Shown: positions 41,801-51,969 of the stretch, one piece after another
Numbering within the stretch: position 1 is the first letter of the stretch
How the letters are laid out: every line of letters begins with the position of its first letter
Assembly: GCA_963709585.1 (NCBI GenBank)
Contig: CAVPXI010000007.1
Span: 96,001 to 160,000, forward strand
Origin: Candidatus Dormiibacterota bacterium
GTDB taxonomy: Bacteria > Chloroflexota > Dormibacteria > Aeolococcales > Aeolococcaceae
Direction of reading: 5' to 3'
DNA length: 64,000 nt
The notes under the pieces: model-generated
Databases searched by the model: none
Seen by the model: only the letters and a program-made list of their open reading frames with translations
What the model was told of the DNA's origin: nothing
Program-made: the position numbers and the translations under genes

Positions 41801-43361
41801 TGAAGAGGGGCAGCGGCCGGTCGCTGAGCACGGCGAGCGGCGTGTCATTGCCCATCGATCCGACAGCCTCCTCACCGGTCTCGCCCATCGGCTCGAGTAG
41901 GATCTCGAGGTCCTCGACGCTGTAGCCGAATGCCTGCTGGCGCACCAGGAGCGTGCCCGGATCCGGCGCCGGCACGTGGTCGGGAGGATCGAGCTCGTCG
42001 AGGTGGACGGTGCCCGCGCGAATCCACTCGCTGTACGGCTGCGCCGCGCTGAGCCCGCTCTTGACGGCGGTGTCATCGAGAATTCGCCCGGCGGCGGTGT
42101 CGACGAGCAAGAGCCGCCCGGGCTCCAATCGCCACTTCCGGGCGATCTGTTCCTCGGGGAGATCGAGCACCCCCGCCTCCGACGCCATCACCACGAGACC
42201 GTCTTCGGTGACGAGATATCGGGCAGGGCGCAACCCGTTGCGGTCGAGCGTCGCGCCGATCACACGCCCATCGGTGAACGCGATAGCCGCCGGTCCATCC
42301 CAGGGCTCGAGCAGCGAGCTGTGAAACTCGTAGAAGGCGCGCCGCTGGTCATCCATCAACGGGTTGTGGTGCCACGCCTCCGGGATCATCATCATCACCG
42401 CGTGCTCGATCGACCGGCCGCTCCTCGCGAGCAGCTCGAGGGCGTTGTCGAACTGCGAGGAATCCGAGCCCGACTCGTCGAGCACGGGCATCAGCTTCGC
42501 GATATCGTCGCCGAAGTGCGGGCTGCGGAACTTCGACTGGCGCGCGCGCATCCAGTTGACGTTGCCGCGAAGCGTGTTGATCTCGCCGTTGTGGGCCGAC
42601 ATCCGGAAGGGCTGGGCCAGGTCCCAGCGGGGCAGGACGTTGGTGGAAAAGCGCGCGTGGACCAGCGCTATCGTCGAGGTCACGCGCCGATCGATCAGGT
42701 CCGGGTAGAACCCCGCCAGCTGGGCCGCGGTGAGCATGCCCTTGTACACGAGGGTCCGGCTGGACAGGCTGCTCCAGTGAACACGATCACGGCCGATCCC
42801 GGCCGCCAGGCAGTCGCGCTCGATGATCCGCCGGAGAACCATGAGACGGCCCTCGAGCGCCGCACCCTCGAGGCCAATCGCGGCGACGAAGAGTTGGCGC
42901 AAAACCGGCAGCGCCATGCGAGCCGATCGCCCGAGAGCGTCGGGGACCACGGGCACGTCGCGCCAGCCGAGCAGGCGCAGACCTTCGGCTCGGCAGGCCT
43001 GCAGCGTGATGGTCTCGCACAGTGCTCGCTCGTCGGGGTCCTGCGGGAGCATCACCATGCCGACCCCGTATGCCCCAGGTGCAGGCAGCGACAACCCGGA
43101 GGTCTCGCGGAGGAAGGCGTCGGGCAGCTGGAGAAGGATGCCTGCTCCGTCGCCACTGTCCGGCTCGGCACCGGACGCGCCGCGATGGCCGAGATTGACG
43201 AGCGCCTGTACGCCCTGCTCGACCACCGAATGGATGGCGCCGCCGGCGATCCGAGCGACGAACGCCACCCCGCAGGCGTCGTGCTGGATGGCAGAGTCGA
43301 ACAGACCTCGATTCGGGGGGCGTTCGGTTAGCTGTTCGCCGATACGTGTGTAGCCTGACAT
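38837..43361 (-). CDS. gltB: Glutamate synthase large subunit; frameshift near 41560
   Basis: [48 protein letters not shown]-terminal domain. Confidence 0.95.
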
Positions 43362-43581
43362 GCCTCGGCCAATCGGGGCAAGTGACGCATCGGGCCACGG
43401 CTCCTGTGCTAGGGTCTGCGTCAATGGCCGCAACTGCGCGTCGATACTTTGGCCCGCCAGCCGTAAGGCTGCCGGGGGGCTTCTAACCCGACCGCGCAGT
43501 CGTTACCAGGGCTGGTTCATCAGATATGGGTCAGCCCCGGATCCCGTGTGGTGGCCCATCACCACACGGAGGTGCCATACG

Positions 43582-44670
43582 GTGACCATCGAGCCGCTGC
43601 TAGTCAGCGCGACCCGACGGCGTAACACACAGCAGGTCAACATCGGCGCGGTCGCCGTCGGCGGCGACACGGTGCCGATCATCGCCGGGCCGTGCGCGGT
43701 CGAGACCGGCTACGTCGAACATGCGGTTGCAGCGCATCGGGCCGGCGCGTCGGTGCTGCGCGGGTGCGTTCTCAAGCCGCGGACCCGACCAGGATCATTC
43801 CAGGGTCTCGGAAGCGCGGGACTGCCGCTGCTCGACGAAGCGCGACGCGTCACCGGGTTACCGGTGATTGCGGAACCACTCGCCGCCGATGACATCGAGC
43901 TGTTGCGCGGCCATGCCGATGCGCTGCTCATCGGAGCGCGCTCGATGCACAACACCCCGCTGCTGCGCGCCGCGGGGCAGAGCGGCATGCCGGTCATCAT
44001 CAAGCGCGGCATGTCCGCGACCTACGACGAGTGGCTCGCGGCAGCGGACTACGTCACCACCGAGGGCAACCACCAGGTCATCCTCTGCGAGCGCGGCATC
44101 CGCACGTTCGAGACGGCGACCCGGAACACGCTTGACGTGAGCGCGATCGCGGTGCTCCGAGACATGACCGACCTCCCGATCGCCGTCGATCCGAGCCATG
44201 CCGCCGGCAATGCGAGGTGGGTTCCCTCGCTCGCGGTCGCGGCATTGGCCGCCGGTGCTGACGCGCTGCTCATTGAGTGTCATCCGAACCCGGCGTCATC
44301 GTTGTGCGACGCCGCCCAGGCGATCACGCCGTCGGTGCTCAGCAGGATCGTGCAGACGTCGCTGGCACTCTGCGCGATGACGCGTCCGGCCGTGGCCGAC
44401 TCGGTCGCCGGATGCCGCGCGGTGATCGACACCATCGACGACGCGGTGTTCCAGATGCTCGAGTATCGCGCCGCAGTGGTCGAGGCTGTGCAGGAGCGCA
44501 AGCGGGCGGCAGTGCTGCCGGAGCGCGACATCGACCGGGAGCATCAGATCGTGGAGCGGCTGTCCCGCCGGGCGCCGCGGCTCGGCGAGCAACGTGTCGA
44601 CCGCATCGTCCACGCCATCATCGACGAGTGCCTCGATGCGGTTCCCCGCTGTCCTCAGGCCGTCGCGTGA
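43582..44670 (+). CDS. DAHP synthase (type I-beta) fused to C-terminal AroQ chorismate mutase
   Basis: IAGPCAVE, KPRT...FQGLG, KRG, LCERGIRTFE, DPSH; C-terminal R..ID.ID...R...K...D..RE. Confidence 0.88.
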   Translation: MTIEPLLVSATRRRNTQQVNIGAVAVGGDTVPIIAGPCAVETGYVEHAVAAHRAGASVLRGCVLKPRTRPGSFQGLGSAGLPLLDEARRVTGLPVIAEPLAADDIELLRGHADALLIGARSMHNTPLLRAAGQSGMPVIIKRGMSATYDEWLAAADYVTTEGNHQVILCERGIRTFETATRNTLDVSAIAVLRDMTDLPIAVDPSHAAGNARWVPSLAVAALAAGADALLIECHPNPASSLCDAAQAITPSVLSRIVQTSLALCAMTRPAVADSVAGCRAVIDTIDDAVFQMLEYRAAVVEAVQERKRAAVLPERDIDREHQIVERLSRRAPRLGEQRVDRIVHAIIDECLDAVPRCPQAVA

Positions 44671-44704
44671 ACGCTGTGGCCTGACGTTCATCCATGATGA
44701 GGGC

Positions 44705-45088
44705 ATGACTCATCATCCCGAAGATCTGCCCTGGAACGATGCCCCGGCCGACTCGGATGCGCCGCTTGGGGACGCGGAGCCTGATCCCGCCGAGGTGAGC
44801 GGCGACGAGGACGATCCGGCGATCCGCGACGCCTCGCTCGCAGGACGGCTGCACGACGTCGACGAATATCGTCGCGAAACCCTCGACGAACGCCTCAGCG
44901 AGGAGGAGCCCGATCGGGCCACGCATGCGCAGGAGCCGGAGGCGGGTGAGCTCCAGGCACCCGAGTTGGGCGACGACGACATCGCCCTGCAGCGCGGGGA
45001 GCTCGACCAGCTCGATTCCCTGGACAGCGTCGAGGAGTTGGCTGAAGACGCGGCCGTGCACGAGACCAATGGCCGTTCAGGCGCCTGA
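44705..45088 (+). CDS. Acidic protein, DUF5709-like
   Basis: Very D/E-rich; ETLDERLSEEEPD and AEDAAVH. Confidence 0.7.
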   Translation: MTHHPEDLPWNDAPADSDAPLGDAEPDPAEVSGDEDDPAIRDASLAGRLHDVDEYRRETLDERLSEEEPDRATHAQEPEAGELQAPELGDDDIALQRGELDQLDSLDSVEELAEDAAVHETNGRSGA

Positions 45089-47015
45089 CCGGGCACAGCG
45101 ACCTACTTCCCCGAGCCCGAAGGCGCCGAACGTCGTCGGCTACAACCCGATGCGCTGGCGCCGTTTCTGGGTGCTCATCTTGCTCCTGCTCTTTGTCAAC
45201 GTCATCGTCAGCACCATCATTCAGTCCGCCGCGCAGGCGCCATCCGTGGTCATTCCCTACAACGTCTTTGTCGACCAGGTGAACGCAGGCAACGTGGTCA
45301 ACATCACGGCCACGGGTGATGCGATCACCGGGACCGCCAAGACCGCGGTCAGCGCCGGGCCGGGACAGACCAGCGCCAAGGATTTCTCCACCCAGCGGCC
45401 CACCTTCGCGAGCGACAACCTCGAGGCTGCCCTGCTCGCGAACAAGGTCAGCATTCTCGCCGAGCCTCCCAATCCGCCGACACCCTTGTGGGAGACCCTG
45501 CTCTTCTCGTTCGGGCCGGCGCTGCTGTTCGTCTTCGGCTTCATCTACCTGATGCGGAGAAGTGCGGCGCTCGCGGGCGGTGGGGTCGGCGGCATCCTCG
45601 GAAGGTTCGGCCAGAGCGGCGCGCGCCTCTACAACCCCGAGCATCCCGACACGACCTTTGCCGATGTCGCCGGGATCGATGAGGTCAAGGCCGAGCTGGT
45701 CGAGATCGTCGACTTTCTCAAGAAACCTGAGAAATATCAGCGCCTGGGAGGCACCATCCCGAAGGGCGTCCTGCTCATCGGCGCGCCGGGCACCGGCAAG
45801 ACGCTGCTCGCGCGCGCGGTGGCGGGCGAGGCGGCGGTGCCGTTCTTCTCCATCTCCGCCTCGGAATTCATCGAGGCAATCGTGGGAGTCGGCGCGGCCC
45901 GGGTGCGCGACCTGTTCCAGAAGGCCCGCGCCGCAGCGCCGGCGATCGTCTTCATCGACGAGCTCGATGCAGTCGGCCGCTCGCGTTCGACGGGTGCCCG
46001 CCTGGGGAGCAACGACGAGCAGGAGCAGACCCTGAACCAGATCCTCACCGAGATGGACGGTTTCGATCCTCACGAGGGCGTCATCGTTCTGGCGGCGACC
46101 AACCGCGCCGACGTGCTCGATGTCGCACTGCTCCGTCCCGGGCGGTTCGACCGGCGGATCACCGTGCCCTTTCCCGATCGCCGCGGCCGGCTCGAGATCC
46201 TGCGCATCCACACGCGGCACATTCCACTCGGACCCGACGTCGACCTCGGCCTGATCGCCTCGCTGACAGCCGGTATGGTCGGCGCCGACCTGCGCAATCT
46301 CGCCAACGAGGCGGCGCTCGCGGCCGCGCGTCGCGACGCGCCGACCGTGGCCCAGATCGACTTCACCGACGCGCTCGAGAAGGTGGAGCTGGGATCCGAG
46401 CGCAAGCTCTCGCTCACCTCGATCGACCGCGAACGCATCGCCTATCACGAATCAGGACACGCGCTGCTCGGGCTGCTCCAGCCCGGCGCCGACCCGGTCC
46501 GCCGGGTCTCGATCATCCCGCGCGGGCAGTCGCTCGGCGCCACCGTGCAGAGCCCGGTCGACGACCGCTTCAGCTACGGCGAGGACTACCTTCGCGGCCG
46601 GATCACCGGGGCGCTCGGCGGCAGGGCGGCCGAGCAACTCGTCTACGGGGTCATCACCACGGGCGCCGAGGCAGACCTGCGCCAGGTCACCGGGATCGCG
46701 CGGCAGATGGTGCTGCGCTGGGGCATGAGCCCCAAGGTCGGTGTTCTCAGCCTCTCGGAGGACGGCGACGGCGCTGGTCAGGCACTCACGCTGTCCCGAC
46801 CGTACAGCGAAGAGACCGCGGCCCTCGTCGACGAAGAGGTGCGGCGCATCTGCGAGGAGTGTCTCCGCCAGGCCGTCTCGCTGCTCACCAGCAACCGCGA
46901 CAAGCTCGACGCGCTCGTCCATGCTCTGCTCGAGCATGACACCCTTGGCGAGGCGGAGATCCTCGCAGTGACCGGGCTCAATGCACCGGTTGCAACACCC
47001 GTCGCGGTGAGCTGA
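45069..47015 (+). CDS. ftsH: ATP-dependent zinc metalloprotease FtsH
   Basis: Two TMs, GAPGTGKT, FIDELD, ALLRPGRFDR, HESGH. Confidence 0.96.
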   Translation: MAVQAPDRAQRPTSPSPKAPNVVGYNPMRWRRFWVLILLLLFVNVIVSTIIQSAAQAPSVVIPYNVFVDQVNAGNVVNITATGDAITGTAKTAVSAGPGQTSAKDFSTQRPTFASDNLEAALLANKVSILAEPPNPPTPLWETLLFSFGPALLFVFGFIYLMRRSAALAGGGVGGILGRFGQSGARLYNPEHPDTTFADVAGIDEVKAELVEIVDFLKKPEKYQRLGGTIPKGVLLIGAPGTGKTLLARAVAGEAAVPFFSISASEFIEAIVGVGAARVRDLFQKARAAAPAIVFIDELDAVGRSRSTGARLGSNDEQEQTLNQILTEMDGFDPHEGVIVLAATNRADVLDVALLRPGRFDRRITVPFPDRRGRLEILRIHTRHIPLGPDVDLGLIASLTAGMVGADLRNLANEAALAAARRDAPTVAQIDFTDALEKVELGSERKLSLTSIDRERIAYHESGHALLGLLQPGADPVRRVSIIPRGQSLGATVQSPVDDRFSYGEDYLRGRITGALGGRAAEQLVYGVITTGAEADLRQVTGIARQMVLRWGMSPKVGVLSLSEDGDGAGQALTLSRPYSEETAALVDEEVRRICEECLRQAVSLLTSNRDKLDALVHALLEHDTLGEAEILAVTGLNAPVATPVAVS

Positions 47016-48054
47016 CGCCCCGAGGTTCCGCAACGAGCTCGTCCCGGAGGTCGAAGACGATCCGCCCTGTGACGGTTCCGTCGAGCACATCCTGGATCGA
47101 CTGATTCACAGTGTCGAGAGAGCGCGTCTCGCGGATCACGTGGGTGCGCCCGCGAGCGTGCAACTCGTAGACCTCATCCAGATCCTTACGGGTACCGACG
47201 ATGGACCCGACGATCGTGATGCCGTTGAGCACGGTCTCGAAGATCGGGATGCGGACGGCGTTGTCAGCGGGAAGCGCCACGAAGACGAGCGTGCCCTTAC
47301 GCCGGAGGGATCCGAACGCCTGCTCGAACGAGCGCGGTGACACCGCGAGTGCGATCGCCGCGTCCGCACCGCCAAGACGCTGGATGACCTGGGCCGGATC
47401 CTCCTCGGAAGCGTTGACCGTGTAGTCGGCTCCAAGTTGCCGGGCCATCGCCAGCTTCTCCTCGGTGAGATCGACAGCGACGACCGTGGCACCTGCGATC
47501 TTGGCGTACTGCACCGCCATGTGTCCGAGACCGCCGACGCCGAATACCGCCACCAGATCCGAAGACCGGGCGCCGGACGACTTCACGGCTTTGTACGTGG
47601 TGACGCCGGCGCAGGTCAGGGGAGCCGCGTCGAATGGGTCGATCCCGGCGGGAACGATCCCGACATACGCCGCCGACGCCTTTGCGTACTCGGCGTACGC
47701 GCCGTCGTTTCCATATCCCGTGTTCACCTGTTGAAGGCAGAGGGTCTCCCACCCCGAGACGCAGTATTCGCAGGTGCCGCAGGCGTAGCCAAGCCATGGA
47801 AGCGCAACCCGCTCACCTTCTTTGACGCGTGTGACGCCGGCCCCGACCCGCGTCACGATCCCGACTCCCTCATGACCGGGAACGAAGGGAAGGCTCGGCT
47901 TGACGGGCCAGTCGCCGTGAGCGGCATGGATGTCTGTGTGACAGAGCCCCGAGGCCTCGATGCGAACGACCACCTCACCGTGACCCGGTGTCGGGATCGG
48001 ACGTTCCTCGACGACGAGCGGTTGACGGAAATCATGAACGACTGCTGCTTTCAT
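46978..48054 (-). CDS. adhP: Zinc-dependent alcohol dehydrogenase
   Basis: CHTD, GHEGVG, CGTCEYC...C, CAGVTTYKA, GVGGLG. Confidence 0.93.
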   Translation of the reverse strand: MKAAVVHDFRQPLVVEERPIPTPGHGEVVVRIEASGLCHTDIHAAHGDWPVKPSLPFVPGHEGVGIVTRVGAGVTRVKEGERVALPWLGYACGTCEYCVSGWETLCLQQVNTGYGNDGAYAEYAKASAAYVGIVPAGIDPFDAAPLTCAGVTTYKAVKSSGARSSDLVAVFGVGGLGHMAVQYAKIAGATVVAVDLTEEKLAMARQLGADYTVNASEEDPAQVIQRLGGADAAIALAVSPRSFEQAFGSLRRKGTLVFVALPADNAVRIPIFETVLNGITIVGSIVGTRKDLDEVYELHARGRTHVIRETRSLDTVNQSIQDVLDGTVTGRIVFDLRDELVAEPRGVSSPRRVLQPVH

Positions 48055-48114
48055 CAGATTCTCCAGGCGATCGGATTGGTAGGTGCTGATGAACGTAGCC
48101 TCATGAGGGATGCC

Positions 48115-48136
48115 GATGCCAGGGACCTTTGGCATC
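48115..48136. promoter_or_regulatory. Palindrome with a DosR/NarL-type GGGACC core
   Basis: GATGCCA-GGGACCTT-TGGCATC between divergent adhP and GNAT genes. Confidence 0.4.
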
Positions 48137-48199
48137 AATCGCGTTCGCCGATGGTCCTGACGCCTGAACCACGCGCACTCCGCAGACCAGGGACGCGGC

Positions 48200-48790
48200 G
48201 TGCGCCACGCACCTTCGCCCGCTCATCTGGTCGTCATCGAAGCGCGTCAGCTTGGGTACCCGGCGAAGTGGGAGGTCGATGCGGTGCCTGCGGACGGAGG
48301 TCCCGTGCACGTCAGGCCCATCCGGCCGAACGACGCCGAGGCGCATCGAGCATTCTTCGCGCGTCAGTCCGAGCAAAGCGTGTACTTCCGATTCTTCGGT
48401 CACAGGTCGGCGCTGCCGGATCGCGAGGTCACTCACTTCACGAGCGTCGACTACCACGACCGCATGGCGTTCGTCGCGTTCCTGAACGACGACTTGATCG
48501 GCATCGGCCGCTACGACCGTCTCACCGGGGGCGACGCGGCCGAGGTCGCGTTTGCGGTCGCCGACGAACACCAGGGACGTGGGCTGGCGACGATGCTCCT
48601 GGCGTACCTCGCTGCCTACGCGGCCACCAAAGGCATCACGCGCTTCAGCGCCGATACGCTGACCGACAACGGGCGAATGCTTGACGTGTTCCAGCACGCG
48701 GGCTTCCGGCGTGAGAGCGCAACGATCGAGTACGGCGTTGCTCACCTCACCTTCGAAATCGCGATCGCCAGCCTGTCCTTAGGCGTTGAC
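48200..48790 (+). CDS. GNAT acetyltransferase domain, similar to the N-terminus of GNAT/acyl-CoA synthetase fusions; 3' end uncertain
   Basis: YPAKWE, VRPIRP.D, SVYFRFF, AEVAFAVADEHQGRGLA. Confidence 0.8.
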
Positions 48791-49195
48791 CACAGTGTCG
48801 GTCAATGCGTCGATACCGGCGAGTCTCGCGGCCATCGCAGCGGTCAGGCCATAGCGGGCGGCGAGAGTGCTCGGAGCCGTGAAGCTCACCTTCGTGATGC
48901 TGCCGTCCGCCCATACCAGCACCTTGAGCGGCAGATCGAGCGCGGCAAGCGGTGCCGACTGCATCACGGGCGTGCCCGCCTGCGGGGATCCGAAGATCAC
49001 GACCTTGGTATCGCGCAACGGCAGTCCCACAGTTGCGGCCTCGCCACTGTGATCGATGACAGCAAACACCTTCATGCCCTTCGATTCCACCAGAGTCACC
49101 AGGCGCGACACCGTCTCCAGAACTGACAACGGGCTCACCTTGGTGATCACGCCGGCTCGATCTGCGTGGGTGTCCGACGCCGATGTGCTTGTCAT
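48779..49195 (-). CDS. DUF302 family protein
   Basis: FAVIDHS..A, IFGSP..GTP.M, LDLPLKVLVW. Confidence 0.88.
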   Translation of the reverse strand: MTSTSASDTHADRAGVITKVSPLSVLETVSRLVTLVESKGMKVFAVIDHSGEAATVGLPLRDTKVVIFGSPQAGTPVMQSAPLAALDLPLKVLVWADGSITKVSFTAPSTLAARYGLTAAMAARLAGIDALTDTVVNA

Positions 49196-49214
49196 CGCCT
49201 CTCCTCGTGCAGGC

Positions 49215-49586
49215 TCAGTGGTGGAGCCGGGACTTCTCGATGTCGTCGTGGTTCATGCCGAAGTAATGGGCGACCTCGTGCAACACCGTGTCGTGCACCT
49301 GGTCGACGAGCTCAGAGCGTGTTCTGGACCACCGTTCGATGTGGTGCTGCAGCAATACGATCCGCTTGGGGTACCCCGCCGGGCTGAACGTCAACTCGGT
49401 GCTGCCCTGAAAGTAGCCGAGCACACGCTCGTCGATCCCGCTTCCGCGATCGTCAGCGGTGGCGTCCGTTTGAATCGTGATCATGAGATTGTCGGCGTCC
49501 ATCTGGGCGCGCAGCGCGGGCGGGATACTTTCGAGGGCATCGGCGGCGATGCGCTCGAACTCGTCCGCGGAGACGTGATACGCCAC
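49215..49586 (-). CDS. Minimal zincin metallopeptidase (DUF1025-like)
   Basis: DTVLHEVAHYFG. Confidence 0.88.
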   Translation of the reverse strand: MAYHVSADEFERIAADALESIPPALRAQMDADNLMITIQTDATADDRGSGIDERVLGYFQGSTELTFSPAGYPKRIVLLQHHIERWSRTRSELVDQVHDTVLHEVAHYFGMNHDDIEKSRLHH

Positions 49587-49652
49587 GCGCTGAGAATGTC
49601 ACACAGCCGCTCACCGAGTGGTACCGGCAGCGGTGGATCGGCGTCCGCCGGA

Positions 49653-50213
49653 CTATTGACCCGCGACGTCGGACCGTCCGACCGCTGCGGCAGGGTTCGC
49701 CTTGCGCGTCATCGCAGCCCCGGCGGCGACTCCGACAGCCGCCGCGACGAGGATGGCGAGCAACCCAGGCAGGAGATCCGGCTTGTTGGTCATGAGGAAG
49801 ACGATGCCCACCGCGATCGAAAGCCGCGTCACCCAGGAGATGACGAAACCCCGGCTCTGGAGGCCGGTCCCAGGCGGCGCGTCCCCGACGATGTGCCTCA
49901 CGGTCAGGCTCATGCGGATGCCGTTGACCGCACCGAGCACGGCGATGAGGACCCAGGCGAACAGCCCGACCGCCAGCCACGGGACCCATCCCCAGGACGT
50001 CACCATCATGTACAGCCCCGATGCGAGGATGGTCACGACCGACGCGGGGCCGAAGATTCGCGCCAGGCCGGTGACACCTTCCCACTGGCGCACGCCGGCG
50101 ATTGTCGTGGCTCGGCGCAGCTGGAAGAGGCCAATTCCCTCTGCAGTGAACGCGGTGGACAGCAGCAGCGATCCGACGATATGAACGAACAGCGCGAAGG
50201 CATACAGGGTCAT
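49653..50213 (-). CDS. Integral membrane protein (DUF2269-like)
   Basis: GAGGAG RBS; LFVHIVG, SGLYM, FLMTNKP; about 5 TMs. Confidence 0.78.
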   Translation of the reverse strand: MTLYAFALFVHIVGSLLLSTAFTAEGIGLFQLRRATTIAGVRQWEGVTGLARIFGPASVVTILASGLYMMVTSWGWVPWLAVGLFAWVLIAVLGAVNGIRMSLTVRHIVGDAPPGTGLQSRGFVISWVTRLSIAVGIVFLMTNKPDLLPGLLAILVAAAVGVAAGAAMTRKANPAAAVGRSDVAGQ

Positions 50214-50260
50214 CGGCACTCCTCGGCGTGGTCCTGGTCCAGACGGCGGGTCACGCTTTA

Positions 50261-50281
50261 CAGCATACACAGTGTAAGCTG
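50261..50281. promoter_or_regulatory. Putative TetR operator
   Basis: CAGC-A-TACAC-A-GTGTA-A-GCTG palindrome between the TetR gene and the divergent membrane gene. Confidence 0.6.
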
Positions 50282-50291
50282 AAATGCAACT

Positions 50292-50889
50292 GTGAGCCCC
50301 CGCCGCTACACACTCAAACAGCGTCGCGCCGGTATGGATGCGACTCGCGAGAGGATCCTCGCCGCCGCCCGTGCGGTCCTGGTCGGTGGCGACGCGTTCA
50401 CGCTCGAGGCGGTCGCTCGAGAGGCCGGGGTTGCTCGAATCACGATCTACGACCGTTTTGGCGGTCGCGAAGCACTCGTCGAAGCCATCTTCGATGACCT
50501 CGCGGAATCGGGAGGCTTGACCCGATTGCCCGAAGCCTTCCGTGAGCCCGATCCAATTGCCGCCGTGGAACGGTTCGTGCTGATCTTCTGTGGCTTCTAC
50601 TTCACGCATCGCCTGTTGCTGCGCCGGCTGCACGCCATGGTGGTGCTCGGGCGTAGCGCGCTGGAAGGCGGTGAACGAGAACTCTCGACGCCTCGCGGGT
50701 CTTCGCGTCCTGCTGACGCGCGCCGCCGAAGCCGGGTATCACGGGGCCGGGAGCGCAGACGTGCTCCACGCCACCCACGTGCTCACCGGATTTGCGTTCG
50801 TCGACGAGTTCGCGAGCGCTGATCAGGACCCAACCGATATCGCTCCGCAGGTCGTGGCACTGGTGAAGCGGGTCGCGCATCTCGACTAG
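50292..50889 (+). CDS. TetR/AcrR family regulator; frameshift near 50675
   Basis: TRERILAAA, TLEAVAREAGVARITIYDRFG. Confidence 0.87.
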
Positions 50890-50946
50890 CCCCTGCTCGA
50901 GCGATGCAGGTGGCTCGGCGACCCGCTTGCCCTATTCTCGTCGGCC

Positions 50947-51969
50947 ATGGCCGTCCTCAACACCGAACACGCCATCGAAGTCGCCGGCCTGCACAAGTCG
51001 TTCGGCAAGGTGCACGCGCTCCGCGGTATCGACTTCGAGGTGCCTCGGGGCAGCGTGCTCGGCATGCTCGGACCCAACGGAGCCGGGAAGACCACGGCGG
51101 TACGCGTCCTGACCACCCTGCTGCGACCGGATGCGGGGCGGGTCATCGTCGAGGGATACGACGTGACACGGGATGCCGCGGCGGTGCGCCGCCGCATCGG
51201 GCTTGCCGGGCAGGCGACCGCGATCCAACTCGAGCTGACCGGCCGCGAGAACCTCGAGATCATGGGCCGCCTGAATCACATGGAACGGCGGAGTGTCCGG
51301 GGACGCGCTGCGGAGCTCCTCGAGCGCTTCGACATCGCGGACGCCGCCGACCGTCCGGCCAAGACATACTCCGGCGGCATGCAGCGGCGCCTCGACCTCG
51401 CGGCCAGCCTGATCGCTGAGCCATCGGTGCTCTTCCTCGACGAGCCGACAACCGGCCTTGACCCGTACGGGCGCCTCGGGATGTGGGCGATCCTCCGCGA
51501 GCTGGTGGGCCGCGGTACCACGCTGCTGCTCACCACCCAATATCTCGACGAGGCTGACGAGCTCGCGAACACGATCGTCGTCGTGGACCGCGGCGAGATC
51601 ATCGCGTCGGGAACGCCGAATCAGCTCAAGGACCAGGTCGGTGGCGATCTCCTCGAGTTCACCGTTCCTGACCGCGCCCGGCTCGATGACGCCGTCCATG
51701 CGGTCGTCGGGCTGTCTGACGCGGCTCCTAGCGTCGAGACCGAGGCGAAGCGGGTCAAAGTACCTGTCGGCAACCGCGGATCGACAGCGCTCGTCGAGGC
51801 AGTGCGTCGACTGGACGCCGCCGGCGTCGAGACCGAGAACCTTGCGCTGCACCGGCCGTCGCTCGATGACGTTTTCCTCGCGGTCACAGGGCACGCGGCC
51901 GAAGCATCGTCAGACGGGGTTGTCAAGGCCGGAGCACCGGACCGAACATCCGCAGAAGCGCCGTCGTGA
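50947..51969 (+). CDS. ABC transporter ATP-binding protein, DrrA-like
   Basis: GPNGAGKT, YSGGM, LDEPTTGLDP, LTTQYL. Confidence 0.93.
   Translation: MAVLNTEHAIEVAGLHKSFGKVHALRGIDFEVPRGSVLGMLGPNGAGKTTAVRVLTTLLRPDAGRVIVEGYDVTRDAAAVRRRIGLAGQATAIQLELTGRENLEIMGRLNHMERRSVRGRAAELLERFDIADAADRPAKTYSGGMQRRLDLAASLIAEPSVLFLDEPTTGLDPYGRLGMWAILRELVGRGTTLLLTTQYLDEADELANTIVVVDRGEIIASGTPNQLKDQVGGDLLEFTVPDRARLDDAVHAVVGLSDAAPSVETEAKRVKVPVGNRGSTALVEAVRRLDAAGVETENLALHRPSLDDVFLAVTGHAAEASSDGVVKAGAPDRTSAEAPS

Noticed and set aside
46978-47015. 38-nt convergent overlap of ftsH and adhP as antisense regulation
   Set aside because: Short 3' overlaps are common in compact high-GC genomes; no further evidence.
48790-49126. 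C-terminal extension of the GNAT ORF as a real domain
   Set aside because: It is antisense to the well-supported DUF302 gene and has no protein-like pattern.
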